Virus record (IMG/VR): IMGVR_UViG_2529292921_000023
Source of the DNA: a virus
Taxonomy: Duplodnaviria; Heunggongvirae; Uroviricota; Caudoviricetes
DNA: 18,296 bases
Strand: one strand, 5' to 3'
The position numbers and the translations under genes were made by a program. The notes beneath the pieces were generated by a model. The model was not told the origin of the DNA, did no database searches, and worked only from the letters and a program-made list of their open reading frames with translations. Of this stretch, positions 17,011 to 18,296 are shown piece after piece. Numbering within the stretch: the stretch's first letter is position 1; each line of letters opens with the position of its first letter.

Positions 17011-18296
17011 ATGAGTAACGCATCATACCCGACAGGCGTTGAAAACCATGGAGGATCACTCCGTATATGGTTTCACTATAATGGCAAACGTGTCAGAGAA
17101 AACCTCGGTGTTCCTGACACAGCCAAAAACCGGAAGATCGCTGGTGAACTTCGCACTTCCGTTTGTTTTGCAATCAGAATGGGGAGTTTCGACTACGCCG
17201 CGCAGTTCCCTAATTCCCCTAACCTGAAACACTTTGGTCTGGGAAAAAGAGAGATAACCGTTAAGGCACTTTCGGAAAAATGGTTGGACCTTAAGAAAAT
17301 TGAGATTTGTGCGAATGCACTTAACCGTTACCAGTCAGTAATTAAAAACATGTTACCAATGTTAGGTGAAAAAAACTGGTTTCATCCATAACAAAAGAGG
17401 ATTTACTTTTCGTAAGGAGAGATTTGTTGACCGGTTACCAAAAGCTTTCTAATGGAAAGACTTCTTCCATAAAAGGGCGCTCAGTGGTCACGGTAAACTA
17501 CTATATGACAACCATAGCTGGAATGTTTCAATTTGCAACAGATAATGGTTATACCTCAGGAAACCCATTTAACGGTCTGGCTCCCTTAAAAAAGTCCAAG
17601 GTAAAACCAGATCCTCTCACCCGTGACGAATTTATTCGTTTTATTGAGGCTTGCCGTCATCAACAAACAAAAAACCTGTGGATTCTCGCTGTATACACGG
17701 GTATTCGTCACGGGGAGTTGGTATCGCTGGCATGGGAAGATATAGACCTTAAAGCAAGGACTATAACCATCCGTAGAAATTATACAAAACTTGGCGAATT
17801 CACTCCACCAAAAACCGATGCAGGCACCGGAAGGACAATTCATCTGGTTCAACCAGCTATTGATGCTCTTAAAAGCCAGGCGGAAATGACCATGCTTGGA
17901 AAGCAACATTCTGTAGAGGTGAAGCAGAGGGAATATGGGAGAACTGCTGTGCATAAATGCACTTTTGTTTTTAGTCCTCAGGTAACAAAACAGCAGCAGT
18001 TGTCCGGACCTCACTACAAGGTTGACTCCATCAGGGAGTCATGGACAAGTATCTTAAAACGCGCAGGTCTGAGACACAGAAAATCGTACCAATCCAGGCA
18101 TACTTATGCATGCTGGTCACTTGCCGCAGGAGCTAATCCTAGTTTTATCGCAAGCCAGATGGGCCACACAAACGCACAAATGGTATTCAATGTTTACGGA
18201 GCATGGATGAAAGACAACAATCACGAACAGATAGAACTCCTTAACAAAAGACTATCTGAAAGTGTCCCATGTATGCCCCATAAGAAAGTTGGGTAA
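17011..18296 (+). pseudogene. int: Lambda-family tyrosine integrase, split by a frameshift in an A7 run
   Basis: N-terminal arm/core-binding part is ORF 17011..17391. Catalytic domain is ORF 17424..18296 in another frame, with Arg in TGIRHGEL, a His/Arg pair in HRKSYQSRHTYA, and Tyr in VYGAW. The second frame is open back to TGA 17367-17369, and both frames cross the A7 run 17369-17375, so one extra A would fuse them (...GEKKLVSSITKEDLL...). Confidence 0.8.

Noticed and set aside
17586-18014. Minus-strand ORF inside the integrase catalytic domain
   Set aside because: Antisense to the integrase, which carries clear tyrosine-recombinase motifs.

Overview
The window is most of a defective lambdoid prophage from an enterobacterium, with an IS21-family (IS100-like) element abutting its packaging end. 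Gene order matches phage lambda read in reverse. On the minus strand (right to left): Cro/YdaS-like regulator, a cII-position gene, VRR-NUC-like nuclease, SF2 DEAH helicase, toprim primase, an unknown 285-aa protein, antiterminator Q, then the lysis cassette (S21-type pinholin, SAR endolysin, Rz with embedded Rz1), a lambda-like cos site and a Nu1-like small terminase that runs into the IS element. On the plus strand: a CI-like repressor, an OL/pL-like promoter-operator region, about 17 small early-left accessory ORFs, an excisionase and a frameshifted tyrosine integrase ending at the right edge. The most unusual feature is a visibly AT-rich 310-aa orphan gene (4176..5108) inserted antisense between Q and the lysis genes, in the cargo slot that carries stx, nmpC or csp genes in other lambdoid phages. 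I could not assign it to any family by eye; it is the best candidate for an undescribed function, but that is inference, not demonstrated. Secondary candidates are a three-gene module at the head of the pL-like operon and several tiny hydrophobic or Arg-rich ORFs. All calls rest on reading the sequence and remembered family features; no searches were run.
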